Shown piece after piece: positions 49,354 through 63,496 of a stretch of 64,000 nt of DNA. The DNA lies in the NCBI GenBank assembly GCA_032718475.1, contig JAUCBJ010008896.1, forward strand, positions 62,001 to 126,000, given 5' to 3'. A model generated the notes under the pieces. That model worked only from the letters and a program-made list of their open reading frames with translations. It made no database searches and had not been told where the DNA came from. The DNA comes from Nemertoderma westbladi (Eukaryota > Animalia > Xenacoelomorpha). The position numbers and the translations under genes are program-made. Positions within the stretch are counted from its first letter, which is position 1. Each line of letters starts with the position of its first letter.

Positions 49354-52300
49354 CTAATATGAAGCAGCATAAGTTAACATATCACGTAATTCTTCTTCAG
49401 AGAAAACGGCAACAAAGTCTGGACCAGTTATGCACTTGATTATATCGCGACAGCAATTTACGCGCCATAACTGAGAATTATCAATATAAATATACTTCAA
49501 CTTATTTATATCATTAGCACATAATTTATGTAAGTAAGGTTGATCAAGTTCATTACATAATCTTCTAAGATTGAGACCATACTTACTTCTACAGTCAAAC
49601 AATGTATGATATGATAGAAATCTAACGGGCAATTTACAAGATGTAATAATCGTTCTAGAAAAATTCAAAAAGCGCCTGCAGAGCATTACCCGTGGATGTG
49701 AAAAATGTATTAAACGTTCAACTATAAACCTATGTGCAGTAAAGGGAAGACCCCAAATCATACGTATATTATTATTCCATGCAGTAAATATCCTGGCGCA
49801 TTCATGTGAAAACAAGTCACATACCGGGCTGCCATAAAAACTAGTAGCATACATTCTCTGTATATTAGTCAAGCAATATGAGCCTGCAAAATAGAATTCT
49901 TGTCTCAAATTTGCTAGTTTGCCTAAAACCACGTTTCATGAGTGTATCCGCAGCCAAATTGCACCTATAGTCCAGGACAATTCCCAAATGGGTTGCCTGT
50001 CGTACCCATGGTAACGAAATTCCAGAAACAACAATATTTACCTGAGGAGGGCACCAATTAAAATTAAAGGGTATACATTTCGATTTACATTTTGATTGAT
50101 TTACATTAACACTCAAGCGCAGCTTAAATTCTGCACAAAACCTTTCACAAATGTCTATCATAAACTGTAAACCCGATACCGACGGACACAACAACAAAAC
50201 GTCGTCGGCATAAGCCAAACAACCAAAGTAATGACTACCAATAAAACAACCTACATTCGAATCTTTTAATCGATTAATAAGAATGTTCAATATAACGCAA
50301 AACAGAATCGGAGATATACACGACCCCTGTCTTACCCCATTGCCAATTGTAAATGCATCGGACTTATGCATATTCCATCGCACAAAACAAGTCTGATTAC
50401 AGTAAATATATAACAGGCACCTTAAATATAAACTATTAATACCCTTTTTAATAAGTTCCAAGAATAATTTCTTCCATTCCACCAAGTCAAATGCCTTAGT
50501 GAAATCCAGAAGACATGAATAAACTGGCGTTGACTGTCTTAAATAATTATTTATAACCTCCGCTGTCCAAGAGCATAATACAGTGCTGGACAGCGGCTGA
50601 TACCCAAATTGCAAGTCATGCAAATCTAACTTACTACCCTGTGTAGTTAATATAACTAACTCGAATATCTTTAAAACCAATGACGCTACAGCAATTGTAC
50701 GATAATTACTGGAAGACGCAATATTTCCCAACTTATTCTTTATAATTGGAATTAACGCAATAGACAATAAACATTTAGGTATCACACCATGAGTTAAAAA
50801 TATATTAAATAACTTTGCTATATGTTCGAAGAACACATCGCCACCATTAATTAATGAATCCGAATCGAAACTATAAAATACGTCACTTTTCGAACTTTTT
50901 AGCCTTTGCATTGCATCCTTAACATCGTCAACAGTTACTGCCGTACTAGTTATCAAATCATTATCACGAATAATATTATTCAGATCATTAAGCAAACTGT
51001 CATATTCAACCTCACTACTTTGATTATACAATTCTTTGTAAATCCGAGAAAAATTATCGGCTATATGCTGAGCCTCGGTTTCACCGTCTACAGCACTACT
51101 TTGTACATTACTGCACCGACGTAAATTACGAATCTCGTCAAAAATTCTAGAATTACCAGAGATAGCAGCCTCTAAAAGTTTCTCCCTTTTTATTTTATCC
51201 GTCATTTTCTTCAACCTGCGCACCGCATATTTATATTGAGCACGTGAGCGTTGGCGTAGATGAAACAAATTGCCCTGTGAGGCATTTGGCCTCCCCGCCG
51301 AGACCCAGAGTCCATGATAAAATGTTGCATCTGTTTTATATTGTTTTACATGAGTATTCCACCCAGGCATAATTTCTCCCTGTGTAGCATCGCTATTGAC
51401 CGATCCTCTGCTCTGAGGTAAACACTCGGCCGCTATCTCGATAGAATCAAGCACATTTAACATATATTGCTCAATTAACATTATATGCTCAATAGATGAA
51501 CAAAAAGCATTACTACAACCAACGACACAAGATGGCACTGTTAAACCATTTAACCTGTCATCAAGTCTACGCTGAAATTGATGTTTCTGGTCATCTGATG
51601 CTTTACTATAGTTAGACCTATTAGGTCTAACTTCATCTTGTACTGTGTAGTCTAAATCATCTACTTCAACTTTAAAATATATTGGGCTATGGTTGGACAA
51701 ATTATTACCTAGATGCAAAACATCTGCATTGAAATTGCAATTAAATAGTGATTCACTGACAACAAAATGATCAATAGTCGACTTAAAGGCTACATCATTT
51801 ACAGTATGTACATATGTATAATCAATGGGGATCGTGTCCCAAATAACATGTAACGAATGACTATCTATAAATTCACGCACTTTACGAACATGCATAGTCG
51901 AACGAATAAAATCGGCATTGAAATCGCCACACCATAAAATATTTGAACAATTTGTTTGCGAAATTACTGTAGCAACATCATTGAGAATGGACAATAAATC
52001 ATCATTGACAGTGGACATCGAACGATCATCCACCGGAAAATAGCTATTAAAAATAACCATTGACGAAGAATGCCGAAATCAAAAATCTACATAAATGGCT
52101 GCTATGTTGTCTCGTCACGTTTCTACAGACGCTAACACACACTTCTGGCGTCTACGGAAGCAATATAAATCTCTAGTAAAGGATAAACGAAACGCCTACG
52201 ACAATGATAAACTATTGGATCTGATCGTCCGCGTCGAAATTACTCCCTGGTCCCTTTTCAAGCAGAAACATAAACCGTCGATTGCTCCCATTGATGCTAC

Positions 52301-54519
52301 ACGGCTCGAGGAACATTTTACGGACTTACTAGGAACTCCAAATGATCCTGAAGGAGTGGCTACTACCCCGGTTTCATCTGATCCCGAACGCGAGCTGGAC
52401 GAGTGGTTCAATGAACAGTTTACAGAATCGGAAATTCTAGAGACAATTACCGACCTACCAAACAACAAGGCGTGCGGACATGACGGCATATATTATGAGC
52501 ACATAAAACAGGGGATTCCACAACTTTTATCATTAATAACTCTACTCTATAACGTCTGCTTTGATATTGGGAAATTGCCTTCAATCTGGAAAAATAGCGT
52601 GATAAATATTCTTTATAAAGGGAAGGGGAAAATCACGGACCCCGACAACTACCGCGGGATAGCTCTTCTGTGTGTTCTTCTGAAAATTCTCACGTCGACT
52701 ATTAACAAGCGAATACGCAGCGCTCTCGCTAACTTCATTCCACTCGAACAGTTTGGTTTTGTCCCTCAACGATCTACAATACATGCTATATCGAAGTTAC
52801 TTCAGGACATTACAACAGCCTTTAACTCGCCCACTAGACAATCAAGAATAACATATGCATTATTTGTTGATTTCCGGAAGGCGTTTGACCTTTTAAGCCG
52901 TAAAGTATTACTAAACAAGCTCTACAACTTAGGTGTGAGGGGAAAGACCTTCGACATAATAAAGGAATTGTTATGTAATTATTTCCGCATCTTTGATGGT
53001 CTCCGTTACTCGAACCTCATTGAACAATTACGAGGGATTTTACAGGGGGACTGTCTGAGCCCCACCTGCTTTATTTTATTCATTGCCGACTAGCAACGGC
53101 ACTAAAAAATGTAGCTGCCTTACTCAAATTCATATTCTATGCAGACGATTTGGTAATATACTCCAGTAACAGATGCGACGTCCAATCAGCTCTCAATGTT
53201 ATATCCAACTGGTGTAAATTAAACGGTATGGAAGTAAATTTATTGAAAACAAAGATTATTAAATTTCGCAAGGGCGGTCGATACAGCAAAGACGACAAAT
53301 TCACATATGGAAATAATATAGTCAAACTCGAGAATAAATACGAATACCTAGGAATTACGCTTCAGCCTTCATTATCATTCACACAGCATATTCAATTAAA
53401 GAAAATAAAGGCATTTGGAATTATTGGCTCAATACAGCACCTCCGTTTATTATCAATTGACACTGCCATCAAAATTTTTAATTCTAAAATAGACCCTTTG
53501 GTAACATACGCGTTCACAGAAATCGGTCCTTATTTTACACTGGCACATTTAAAAGAAGTAGATAAAATAAAATCAGCGTTCGCTAAATCAATGCTGGCCT
53601 TACACAAATCCGCATCTTCCACTATGGCACTAAAGCTTATTGATCAACAAATGTTTGTCGAGTGCATTCTAGAACGCAACCCAAATACCTTCAATCGAAA
53701 CGCAATCTCATTATACAGAGTACACCGAGAGGAACGCGAATTAAATTTCATCCAAGAAGGTTTTATAAACGGGCCCGCTTTCACCTCGGACATATGGAAA
53801 CGCCAAAACCAGAAAAACCGACACGTAACTCGGACAACTTCCCATGGTTTTCATTTTAAACTCTGCACAGATCAAACTCCTTTTCACCCGCTGTCACAGA
53901 ACTGCGTCTGCCGATTCTGCCAGCACTCATGCTCGGACCGCTATCACTGTCTTTCATGTACACTTTGTCCACCCTTATCAACCTTAGCACAACCATAATA
54001 AATCAATATAAGGCCTAACTAAACTGTACTGTATCGACTTCAATAATTATCATGTTATTTCGGTGTATATAATATTATATGGTATTTAATTAAAATTAAT
54101 TAATATACAGTCATTTTACCCCGACTGGGGTGTAGTTATTAAAAAAAAAAAATAACCATTTTCTTTCCTGGTAAATTTAACTCCAGTGCCTGTAAGCGGT
54201 TATTATTTCTATCCAATTTCACAATATTAATGTATTTCTCAATTGATTTATGCCATAAAATACATAATCCACCAGAAGGTCTACCCTGATGAACAACATT
54301 TATATCATTATAGTGAGCTGGTACAAAAGCAGAACCGCAATTAGGAAAATGATAATTGAATCTGTGAGCACTATGTTCTAAGAAAAAATGTTCTTGCAAA
54401 CACACAATATTTGAACTAAATATGAGATCACTTAGTACATCAATTTTATCTGCACTAAACCCGGTCGAATTATATGAAGTTATAGTAAGTTTAGAACCTA
54501 CAGCAGTAAGTCCTGCCAT
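49354..54519 (-). pseudogene. LINE ORF2: AP endonuclease plus reverse transcriptase (insertion-disrupted, frameshift near 49920)
   Basis: SYNSTG, CLQEH, GRPSGG, GDFN, IDHF, SNHSP; NYRTI, QFGY, LDFTKAFD, GVRQG, YADD. Confidence 0.92.
52062..54147 (+). mobile_element. 5'-truncated LINE inserted antisense into the host LINE
   Basis: 13-bp TSD AAAAATAACCATT (52049-61 / 54148-60), A-tail, RT motifs DNYRGI, QFGF, DFRKAFD, GILQGDCLSP, YADD, a C-terminal Cys/His cluster, frameshift near 53093. Confidence 0.93.
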
Positions 54520-54571
54520 TGGTAAGTTTTTGAGTTCTGGAACATTACTGACTTATCAGTCCTAAGTCTCG

Positions 54572-55837
54572 TTAAGAATGTGATGAAGCTTCCCTCCGCG
54601 ACTGTGAGAAGTCCTCTCGACGTGGCTGGAATTGTCTATGGCTAGCTGTGAACCATTCTCGGACATATACACGGGCTGGCCATGTCTCCGGCTGAAGACA
54701 CGCTTCAAGCTGAGTGGTCGCCACTGTTACTTTGAAACTAGCCATTTCGGCGTCTTTGTGCGATTTCTTCTCCACCTTCCTCACCTTCACATTTACTGCA
54801 GCCAAACATGACTCGATATCGGCTATTGTCGTGTCTGCATCACATCAATTTACAAATAACTGACTCGGGGCTGTGCGTAAAGTCACATTTGAGTTCGATT
54901 GGTCCGCGCCTCGGGTTCCTACCACCACATTTGCTCTCTGTTTACCATCATTACGTTTATATCGCCTATTGGTAACTAATTGGTAGCCTTCTTCATCCAT
55001 CCCAGGCGGAGTTGATTGCCGATATCGCTTCACACTGCCTCTAGTACTATTTGGAGTACCTGTTGGAGTAGCTCCCCATTCTTCTCGCTGTGATCGCGGA
55101 TTATTTACTCTACTTGTTCCAGTGGAGCTGGCTACAGTGGTTAGTACCGATGAATACGGCGGACGTACGGCGGGCCCGGCCATTCCACTTCTCAAAGTCT
55201 GCGGAGGGTAACTTAACATGCTGGAAGATTGACCTACTCTCTCAGTCTGTACCGGTAGGTTGTGGCCAGGTGTAGGTTGTACCGGTACTGGTTGACCTAC
55301 ATTCTTCTGTATTTGCTTCAGCAGCCTACCTTCCAATCCCTTTATTTCATCTTTTACTAAATTCTTCAATTTCTCAATACTATCGTTTACTAATGACATG
55401 CCGGTTCGATTGTCAGCGATTGCGATATCAACATCCATGTCTGCTTCTTTGATAACTGGTAGAGACAGTGCGTCGAGTGCAGCTATAGCGATAGTGGGTA
55501 ATAGTCCGCCGTGGTCTAGTTCTCTCAGTTTGTCCAGAATGTCCTTTACATTTGCAGTACTAGCTAACCGTTCATGAGTATCTCTCCTATTGACTACCTC
55601 TAAGTCGAACTTTTCGAACAGTAGTACCTTGGCCGCGAAAATTTCCTCTGGTGTAAATCTCGTTAGAACGATACGAACTACCCGATCCATTGTGCTCGAA
55701 GACATACCTTGCATAATCAGAGTTAGACATGCATTTACAATTACTATATTCCCATTACTACTACTATTTCCAGTCTGATTGGCAGTACCAGCGCCGGTAC
55801 CGGTAGTACCGGTATCAGCTACACTTCCTTCAGTCAT
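54572..55837 (-). pseudogene. LINE ORF1 (in-frame stop at 54845)
   Basis: N-terminal IVNACL..FTPEEIFAAKVLL..RR..DI..LP domain, a coiled coil and a C-terminal SFKVTV..PETWP..VREW, directly upstream of ORF2. Confidence 0.8.
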
Positions 55838-56393
55838 GTCAGTGTGTTTTCAGCAGATAGGCCTGGCTTATATTACATTTTCTGTATTACAGTCAATTCT
55901 ATGTTTAATGGTAAAATAACGCCCAGAGTTACATTAGATTTAAGCTATTTCGATGGTTTAGTAAAGTTTATACAAGCATTATATTTGTTGCCTTACATAC
56001 TACGCAACCAGATCTGTCACGGCTACTCCCCTTTTTCACTGCGAATCGGATTAGATGGTGCAAGCAGTGCTAGTAGTATTTTAGGATTTCTCTTATGCGC
56101 TACTCTTAGTTATTTGAAATAATAAATCTAGCCCGTTGTTGGACGCGTTCAATAATATGGATTAACGTGAATTAATAATCTTACTGAAATTCAGGCCTCG
56201 AGGATTATATTTTGCCACCCATACTTTATTGTTGCTCTATTGTTTGGGCCTACGTGCCCCACTACGAGACCTTTGCATTCTTGACATTTCCTTGCGTGTT
56301 TTATTTCCCTGGTAGGACCAGCAGCTACAGGTGGCGGTGCATATAGAAAGGCGTTATTCCCAGAAACCAGGTTTCTGAGAAAAACGCATTTAA

Positions 56394-56733
56394 CCCTATT
56401 CAACCCGGGGGGGGGGGGGGGGGGTCAATATGAACCACCCCCCGTGGTTTTTTTATTATAATTCTGAAACAAACGCAGTTGGGAATCTGAAATTTTATGA
56501 CTTTTTCTAAAAATCGATTGTCTTCCTAGTAGTGAAAACTGTTTTAAAAAACATTGGGTAGTTTTCGAGTTATAGCACTCTATATAATATACTTTTTTTA
56601 ACCCTACTTTTGGCACTTTTTTTGAGACATTTTTTGAAAATTACATTTCATTAAATATGAATTGTAACATCTCTATTTTTGACTTACACCGGTTTTTTGG
56701 TGTTAACAATTGGAAGGAATTCATATAAATTGA
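56394..56733. mobile_element. piggyBac-like element left-end fragment
   Basis: TTAA|CCCTATTCAACCCGGGG...; homologous to the reverse complement of 35900-36179. Confidence 0.65.
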
Positions 56734-56734
56734 T

Positions 56735-57058
56735 TAGTTCACCAGTATCACTGTCACTGGTTCCTGATAATAGTCCACCAATATCACTGACACTGGTTTC
56801 TAATAATAGTTCACCAGTATCACTGTCACTGGTTCCTGATAATAGTTCACCAGTATCACTGTCACTGGTTCTTGACAATAGTTCACCAGTATCACTGTCA
56901 CTGGTTCCTGATAATAGTTCACCAGTATCACTGTCACTGGTTCCTGGTAATAGTTCACCAGTATCACTGTCACTGGTTCCTGATTATAGTTCACCAGTAT
57001 CACTGTCACTGGTTCTTGGTCACTGTGATAATAGTTCACCAGTGTCACTGTCATTGGT
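56735..57058. repeat. 36-bp minisatellite, ~9 copies (TAGTTCACCAGTATCACTGTCACTGGTTCCTGATAA)
   Basis: Head-to-tail units with an internal inverted ACCAGT/ACTGGT pair; no spacers. Confidence 0.95.
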
Positions 57059-57232
57059 TTTTGCTGCACACGCTAACTGCATATCGACATCTTATATTTT
57101 TATCAGAGAACTATTCAACTTCTGTGTGTATGATATTGATGCCTAACTCATATTGTATACCACTGCGAATCTTGTTTATATGTTGCCTAGCAGCAGTTAT
57201 GGTAGTGCTGAACTCTCATTGGTAACTACCGG
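57059..57232. repeat. Dispersed repeat X, copy 4 (terminal fragment)
   Basis: Matches 45631-45802. Confidence 0.8.
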
Positions 57233-59609
57233 TGTTGAACTATGTACGGCTCTACTAATCATACACGCTCCTTTCTCTGTCGAAATCCCAACACGTTCGT
57301 GGGGCCTTCGCGCAGCACGAGGTCCAGTTATGAGATACAAATTAAAATTAAGTGACTGTATCACAAAATCAGGTTTTGAGAAATTTTATCCACACCACCA
57401 ATCAATCAAAGAAAGGGGGACAGTACGTGTTCACCCCTTTTAATCCCCCCCCCCCCCCCCCACCCTTCTCAACCACCAATACATAACCGTGACATCTACC
57501 ACCCACGGAAGGGTAGAACGAACTTATTTCCAATCGCACGTTAAATATGCAAAGCCAGGTGGTTTATAGGAATATAATAAACGCCGTACTCGTCTTAATT
57601 ATTATAAGCGTCGTTCAATCGTTGCGCTCGTCCAGAGTAAGTCCCCCCCCCCCCCCCCCCCCCCCTATCAGAAAGATTTACTCAACAAAAAATAGTGTAA
57701 ATAAATAAACAACTACAAGGATAAGAGGTCATGTGTAGGAAAGCTAATCAGACGATACCTTTACTAATATATTGAGCTGCATTGATCTATACATAGTAAT
57801 GTTGGGTGATGGGGGGAGGGGGGGGGGGGGGGGGGGGTGAGGGGTAGGGGGTGTCTGGGTGGGTTGTTAGTATTAGGGTGCACAATATCAACGCACGCGC
57901 AGGAATGTGTTGATGTTTAATAGCACCGCATTCCCGCGTTAGAAAGCATCCCCAATTGGAATAAATAAATAAATTAAACGCGTTTCGTTATGTTCCTCGA
58001 CTTATATTATTCTCTCCACGGACGAGTTATTAGCTGCTAGACAGGTAGACCTAGTCCCCCACAACAACGGTCATACCTTCAATCAATCAATCAATTGAGC
58101 TCATATGAGCTCGTATATTAGTTTTATTTATAAATTGAAATCTCACGAATTAATAGGCCTATTAGCTGATTAGTGAACTATCATATGTTAGACCATATAT
58201 ATATATTATATATTGGACCTTATCAAAATAGCGGTTGTACTGGGGCGGTATATGTTGTTCTCTAACCCACTGCAAGCGCATTTGAGGGGCCGGTATGTTT
58301 TAATAACTTCTGGTACAACGGGATGCAGTATTACAGCGCCAAGTAGATTTAATCTGTTCAGAATATTCCGGACGCTAAGTTCATGTCATTCCCGATAAGT
58401 CGGGACTTTACAAAACTCGTGGATAAAACCGCGTGTAGCAGAGAGCAGATAAATTGGGTTGAATTGCAAAACAGAATAATATGGAACTGTAAGTGGAACT
58501 GCGGCGATTTGGGTTTTTTTGTTATGGTGAATAGTCAGCCTGTCCGCGATATGTTCAGCTGCCCTTTTTAATGGGTTGCAGGTACAAATGAAATACACAT
58601 TGCAGTTACTAAAATAAAAGTGGCGCATATTATTGTACATTTACAACAACAATTATATAAATGCAATATGCCTGATCCCTATTAATGTACTTTGTACCGC
58701 CAATTCTGTAATTCAATAACGCAAAGCCGCGTTTACTGTACAGCAGCACGTAATATATTTGATACTTATTATACTAACTAAACTAACAAACCGCAAGGCC
58801 TACTTACCGAAATAAATTAACTTTCAGTTAAATACAATATACTTGTTTGCTCTGTAAAAATTTTAATTAAAAACAATCCTGCCATTTAATATACCTAATT
58901 AGCATGGTTGCGTAAGCAGTATGAATTGGAATGAAATTGTGAAATAATTTATTTAAACTATTATGTACATTTAGATTAAATAATAATACAGTAAGTTGGC
59001 CTACAGAAATAAACATTGATATTCGGAACAGTAAAACAATTATTTATTTCATTCATTCAACTAACCAGAGAGACTCATAGCTCCAGTGAATATTAACATC
59101 CCGACGTTACTTTAGTAATAATATTAATGTCATTGAACCCGATACACACACACCTCCAATCAGCCAGTTCAATGGAGAGTGAGTGAATGGATGGCTACCA
59201 GCAGCAGCAGCAGTCTGCCTCTTACAAGCAAGGCTGACTGAATACCTCAAGTGTTGCTGGGAAACAAGCCAACTTGAGTTAACCAATAAATGAGCAGTAT
59301 TTAATGAGAATAAATTTTTTATGCCGGTTTAATTACTTTAGATCAATTAAAGACACGATTATTAAAGCAAATCACTTGAACTAATTAAAAACTATAATAG
59401 AATGGAGTATGCGGATTACATCTGTATATTTTTTAAGTATAATTATTGAAGTCTTATACTGTAAAACAATTAATTTCCTTTAAAAGGCAGGTTGAAAATG
59501 GTGTTTTTACCGTAATCAACTTAATTAACTAATTAACTGCTATTATCTTAGCTTCTCGAAGGCCACACGGAAATTCTACTTGGAAAATTTCTAAACTTTT
59601 GCCATACAA

Positions 59610-59745
59610 CATGTGTACCAAGTTTGGATAGATTTCATCAAAGATTGGCCGAGTTATTAACGTTTAAAATTGAACACGACAGAACGACAGAACGACAGGT
59701 TGATTAATGGTACCACTACGCTAAGGCTCACTCACTTCGTGGCTC
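59610..59745 (-). repeat. Short dispersed repeat, Helentron/DINE-like, copy B
   Basis: Reverse complement of 38872-39005, with (GACAGAAC)n. Confidence 0.45.
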
Positions 59746-62180
59746 GCCCCACAGAGAGCTAATCGTTCTAATTTATACGCCAAACAGAAATAACCAAAGC
59801 AATACATCTGAATTGGCTTCCTAAGCTACTTAATATGAGTGTGGGTGACTTAGCACTCGGCGTTCACTATCCACAGAGAAATACAGGCAGTTTGCTGGGC
59901 GGGACAATGTCGAATGTGAGAATATTTTATATTGCAAAGGGATGGAATATTAATTTGCCCTAATGTCGAAAACTCTGACCTTGCGCTGGTTTAAGCCAGC
60001 GAACTTACTACTGAGCTACTTTAACTACCGCTGTCTGCCTGTTGACCCACTACTTTCAAATAACTGCCTAGTGTCGAATATTCTAAGGTATTTCTAAACG
60101 TAATTTACCCAACTATTCTCCGCTATGCAGTGTACAAGCTCTTAATTTTATTCTAAGTGCAAAAGTAAATTACAGTGTCTCAAAATACAGAGTTGCGTAC
60201 TAATTACTACGTATTCCAGAATTCGTATTACTAATTTATTACGTTACTCAGTTATACTAGCAACAGCCTAAATACTGTATTATTTAACCTAACAGCAATT
60301 AGCAAGCATAAACTTAGAAATAGAAAACAATCAAGAGAAATAGCGCCAATCTGAACATCACAATCAAGAATCAGGCACTCCTTTAACAACACAACATAAA
60401 GTAGCGTTAGCAACACCACACCGCCAATAACATTAACAGCGCTAACGGCGCTGCGCAGCGCTAAATCAGTGCTAGTATGTAGTGCTAGTGTAAACGCTCA
60501 AGGCCACCCAAGCTACATGCGGTCTTCCTAGCTAAACCCGCTACACTACCTTAATGGTGCAAAGCTGATACGGAATCTTGATCATCAGCCCCCAAACACT
60601 GTAATGGCGACCAGTCCCCATTCCTCTACCTGATTAGCCTGACCACAACTACTGGCCCCTGCCAGCGTTGCCACACATTGGATCCTCCACCTCTCCTTCC
60701 ATCGCTTCCACAGTGCGCCTGCGGCGCCTACCGGTACCCTTAGCCCAACATGCTAAAGCAAGTAATTACCGTATTTGCACAAGCATAACAAACAGTCTGA
60801 CAGTCAAAAATAAATCTTTATAGGGGTGTTCTACATTGCAAAGATTAAAGAAAATCAAGAGTCAGTTCAAGCAGTAATCATTATTCAAAGTCATAAATCA
60901 AGCAACAGTAACAGCAGCAATCAGCATTTACAATCAACAATTAATCATAAGCAGAATTAATAATTCACAACAACAAAAACTGTAAGAATGATTATACAAA
61001 TGCAAGAATGACGCAATGTTTTTACCATTGGTCGAACAAAATCCTACTGCTATTAGACCAACCTAAATAGCTAACCGGATTATGGCTCTCGCCTCTCGGA
61101 ATCCCTAAACCATTACCATATATGGTAATAAATCTGTCATGGTGGGCTCATAGGTCCATTGCCGTAATGTTAATTTGGCGATTATTAAAGCACAATTTTG
61201 GCGTTAATTTTGTACAACATTGGTTTATAGAGAATTACAAATGAAATTAATACAAATACACATCAGATTCAAATGATCAAACGGCAAATTCATATTTATA
61301 TTTTATAAAAGTTTGCCACCATAAATTAATATGTTAATGTTTTATTATAAAATTACGTAAGTAGGCTACATACTGTATAAAATCAGTTGAATATAATGAA
61401 CTTGTATATTTTATTTTTCCTATCTAGTTACGCCTGTACATCAATACGACTTATCTAAATTATTCTATACTGTATGATGGGTTGTTTTAGTACACAATGC
61501 CATATATCGTAACACCACTCCAAGGGAAACATGTAATGTTTCCCTCCAATTGTAGAAGAAATAGGGCGATGTGAATTAACAAAATAAAATGTACTTTCAA
61601 ACAAATCAAGCAACTCGGTTCTAATAATTCTAATAATTACCTACAAATATTGCCATTGTTATTGCATAATAATGATTACATACAAATTAATACAAAATAT
61701 TGCTACTGTTATTGCATAATGATAATTGCATACAAATTAATACAAATATAGGTTACAAAATATACTTTCTTCCATTTTTTTACAAATTAACAATTTACTT
61801 ATTGAAATGGAACATGGCTAGGACAATGTCCCCCATTTCCCATCTCAAATTATAGAGATCAATAATAACAAAAGAACTAAAATATAAAACGTATTTGAGG
61901 CTAATCATTTAACTAAGTATTATTGCATTTAAGGCCGATAATCAAACTAAATATAAAAATACATAATAATTTCTTTCATTTTGGAATCTTTACTTAATGT
62001 TTAAAAAACGCAATCACCTTTAATTTGGGTGATTGCTCAGATAAGTGAAAGGAGTAAGCCAAACCCGCGGTTTGTCTCCCCAATCATTTCCTTTGCCTCT
62101 TTCAATAAACTTTAGAACAAATAAATCATATATATATATTGAGTCCAGTCAGGTATACATTTGTTGCCTACAATATACAT

Positions 62181-62402
62181 GGATGTAGGACAATTCGGTC
62201 CCGGACAATTCGGTCCCGGACAATTCGGTCCGGACAATTCGGTCCCGGACAATTCGGTCCTGAACAATTCGGTCCCAAAACACTAAATAAATGAGACCGA
62301 ATTGTCTGGGACCGAATTGTCCGGGACCGAATTGTCCAAGGACCGGATTGTCCTAGGACCGAATTGTCCGGGACCGAATTGTCCGGGACCGAATTGTCCG
62401 GT
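62181..62402. mobile_element. Small foldback of inverted 15-bp GGACAATTCGGTCCC repeats; a further arm lies at 62947-63013
   Basis: Six forward units followed by six reverse-complement units. Confidence 0.75.
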
Positions 62403-63496
62403 TTAAAAATACTGTATTTTTTTTATTTTTGATATTGGTAGTGTTCGAGAACATTATTATATATTATTTATTAAGGTGTTTTACTTTTTTTAAGGTTTTA
62501 AGGTGCTTTACTAGCTAGCATTTCCTTGAAATTATAAAAACACTTGTGAAAACATTGATATTTCAGAGTTAGGCCTAAACTGTTGCTGATTATATTAATT
62601 ACCAACAATATTGATGATATTATAACAGTCCCTGAATGAGATCCAGCTATTATCTAGGATAATAATTTAGGCTTGTTAACCAACCAACAACACATACAGT
62701 ATACTTACGCAGTATATAAAAAAAATCAGTTTTAAACATTTTAAATACATACTATTACTAGCTAGTAAATAATTCACAAGCTCCATAAAAACACCTAGCT
62801 ACCATAAATAATAATGTTAACAAAAAAAAGTAAATTTTTTTTATTTTTGAAAAAATAATAGCTAGTAAAAAAAACACTATAGCTACCATATAGTAATATA
62901 TATTAAGGTTCTAGAACATTCACCATTATATATTACCAATTAAATTTGGTCCCGGACAATTCGGTCCTGGACAATTCGGGCCCGGACAATTTGGCCCCGG
63001 ACAATTCGGTCCCATGGTCCTACTAATACCAGTGGCGACTAAACCAACTGGCAAGGTTTCCCATACTCACTCGCAGTGGCCATACACACACTCACGTATA
63101 CACTCACGCACCCACAGCGACAAAGCTCATCTCAGACCCAAACAGACCCCAAAGAACAATCAGCTGAACATGGAGACAATAACATATAGTATCAAAACAG
63201 CTGATGGTCAATGGCCCACATCCAAGCCCCAAAGCTAACTGCCACTGCTCGCACACACACAGAACACAGATCACACCATGTGAAACCACAGATCATGCAA
63301 AGCCACCACCCCTACTGTGTACAGGACTAGCAGTACGGCAACAGGCCGACTAGACGGTACCACAGCACCATGTTGATTCATGGTTCGCTAGACACGAGGG
63401 CCTTCAGTGACTCCCTTGCACTATACAGAAAATTTAACGTGCCCCCAGACCCTCACGAGTCCGCCGCCGCCTGTTAGTGGCACCCCTACAGAGACC

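Larger units (their letters stand above)
49141..55850 (-). mobile_element. Near full-length LINE (ORF1 plus APE-RT ORF2; Proto2 or CR1-L2 group), interrupted by a second LINE
   Basis: ORF1 55837-54572; ORF2 54519-54150 plus 52060-49354; the 3' tail ends GAAAATAAACGAAATAAATT. The 5' boundary is approximate. Confidence 0.9.

Noticed and set aside
36179-56394. The two piggyBac-like ends as one 20-kb element
   Set aside because: Their bodies extend away from the interval between them, so they are separate fragments.
56735-57058. CRISPR-like 36-bp repeat with an internal hairpin
   Set aside because: The units are head-to-tail with no unique spacers, there are no cas genes, and the context is eukaryotic. 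The same applies to the 66-bp and 175-bp arrays.
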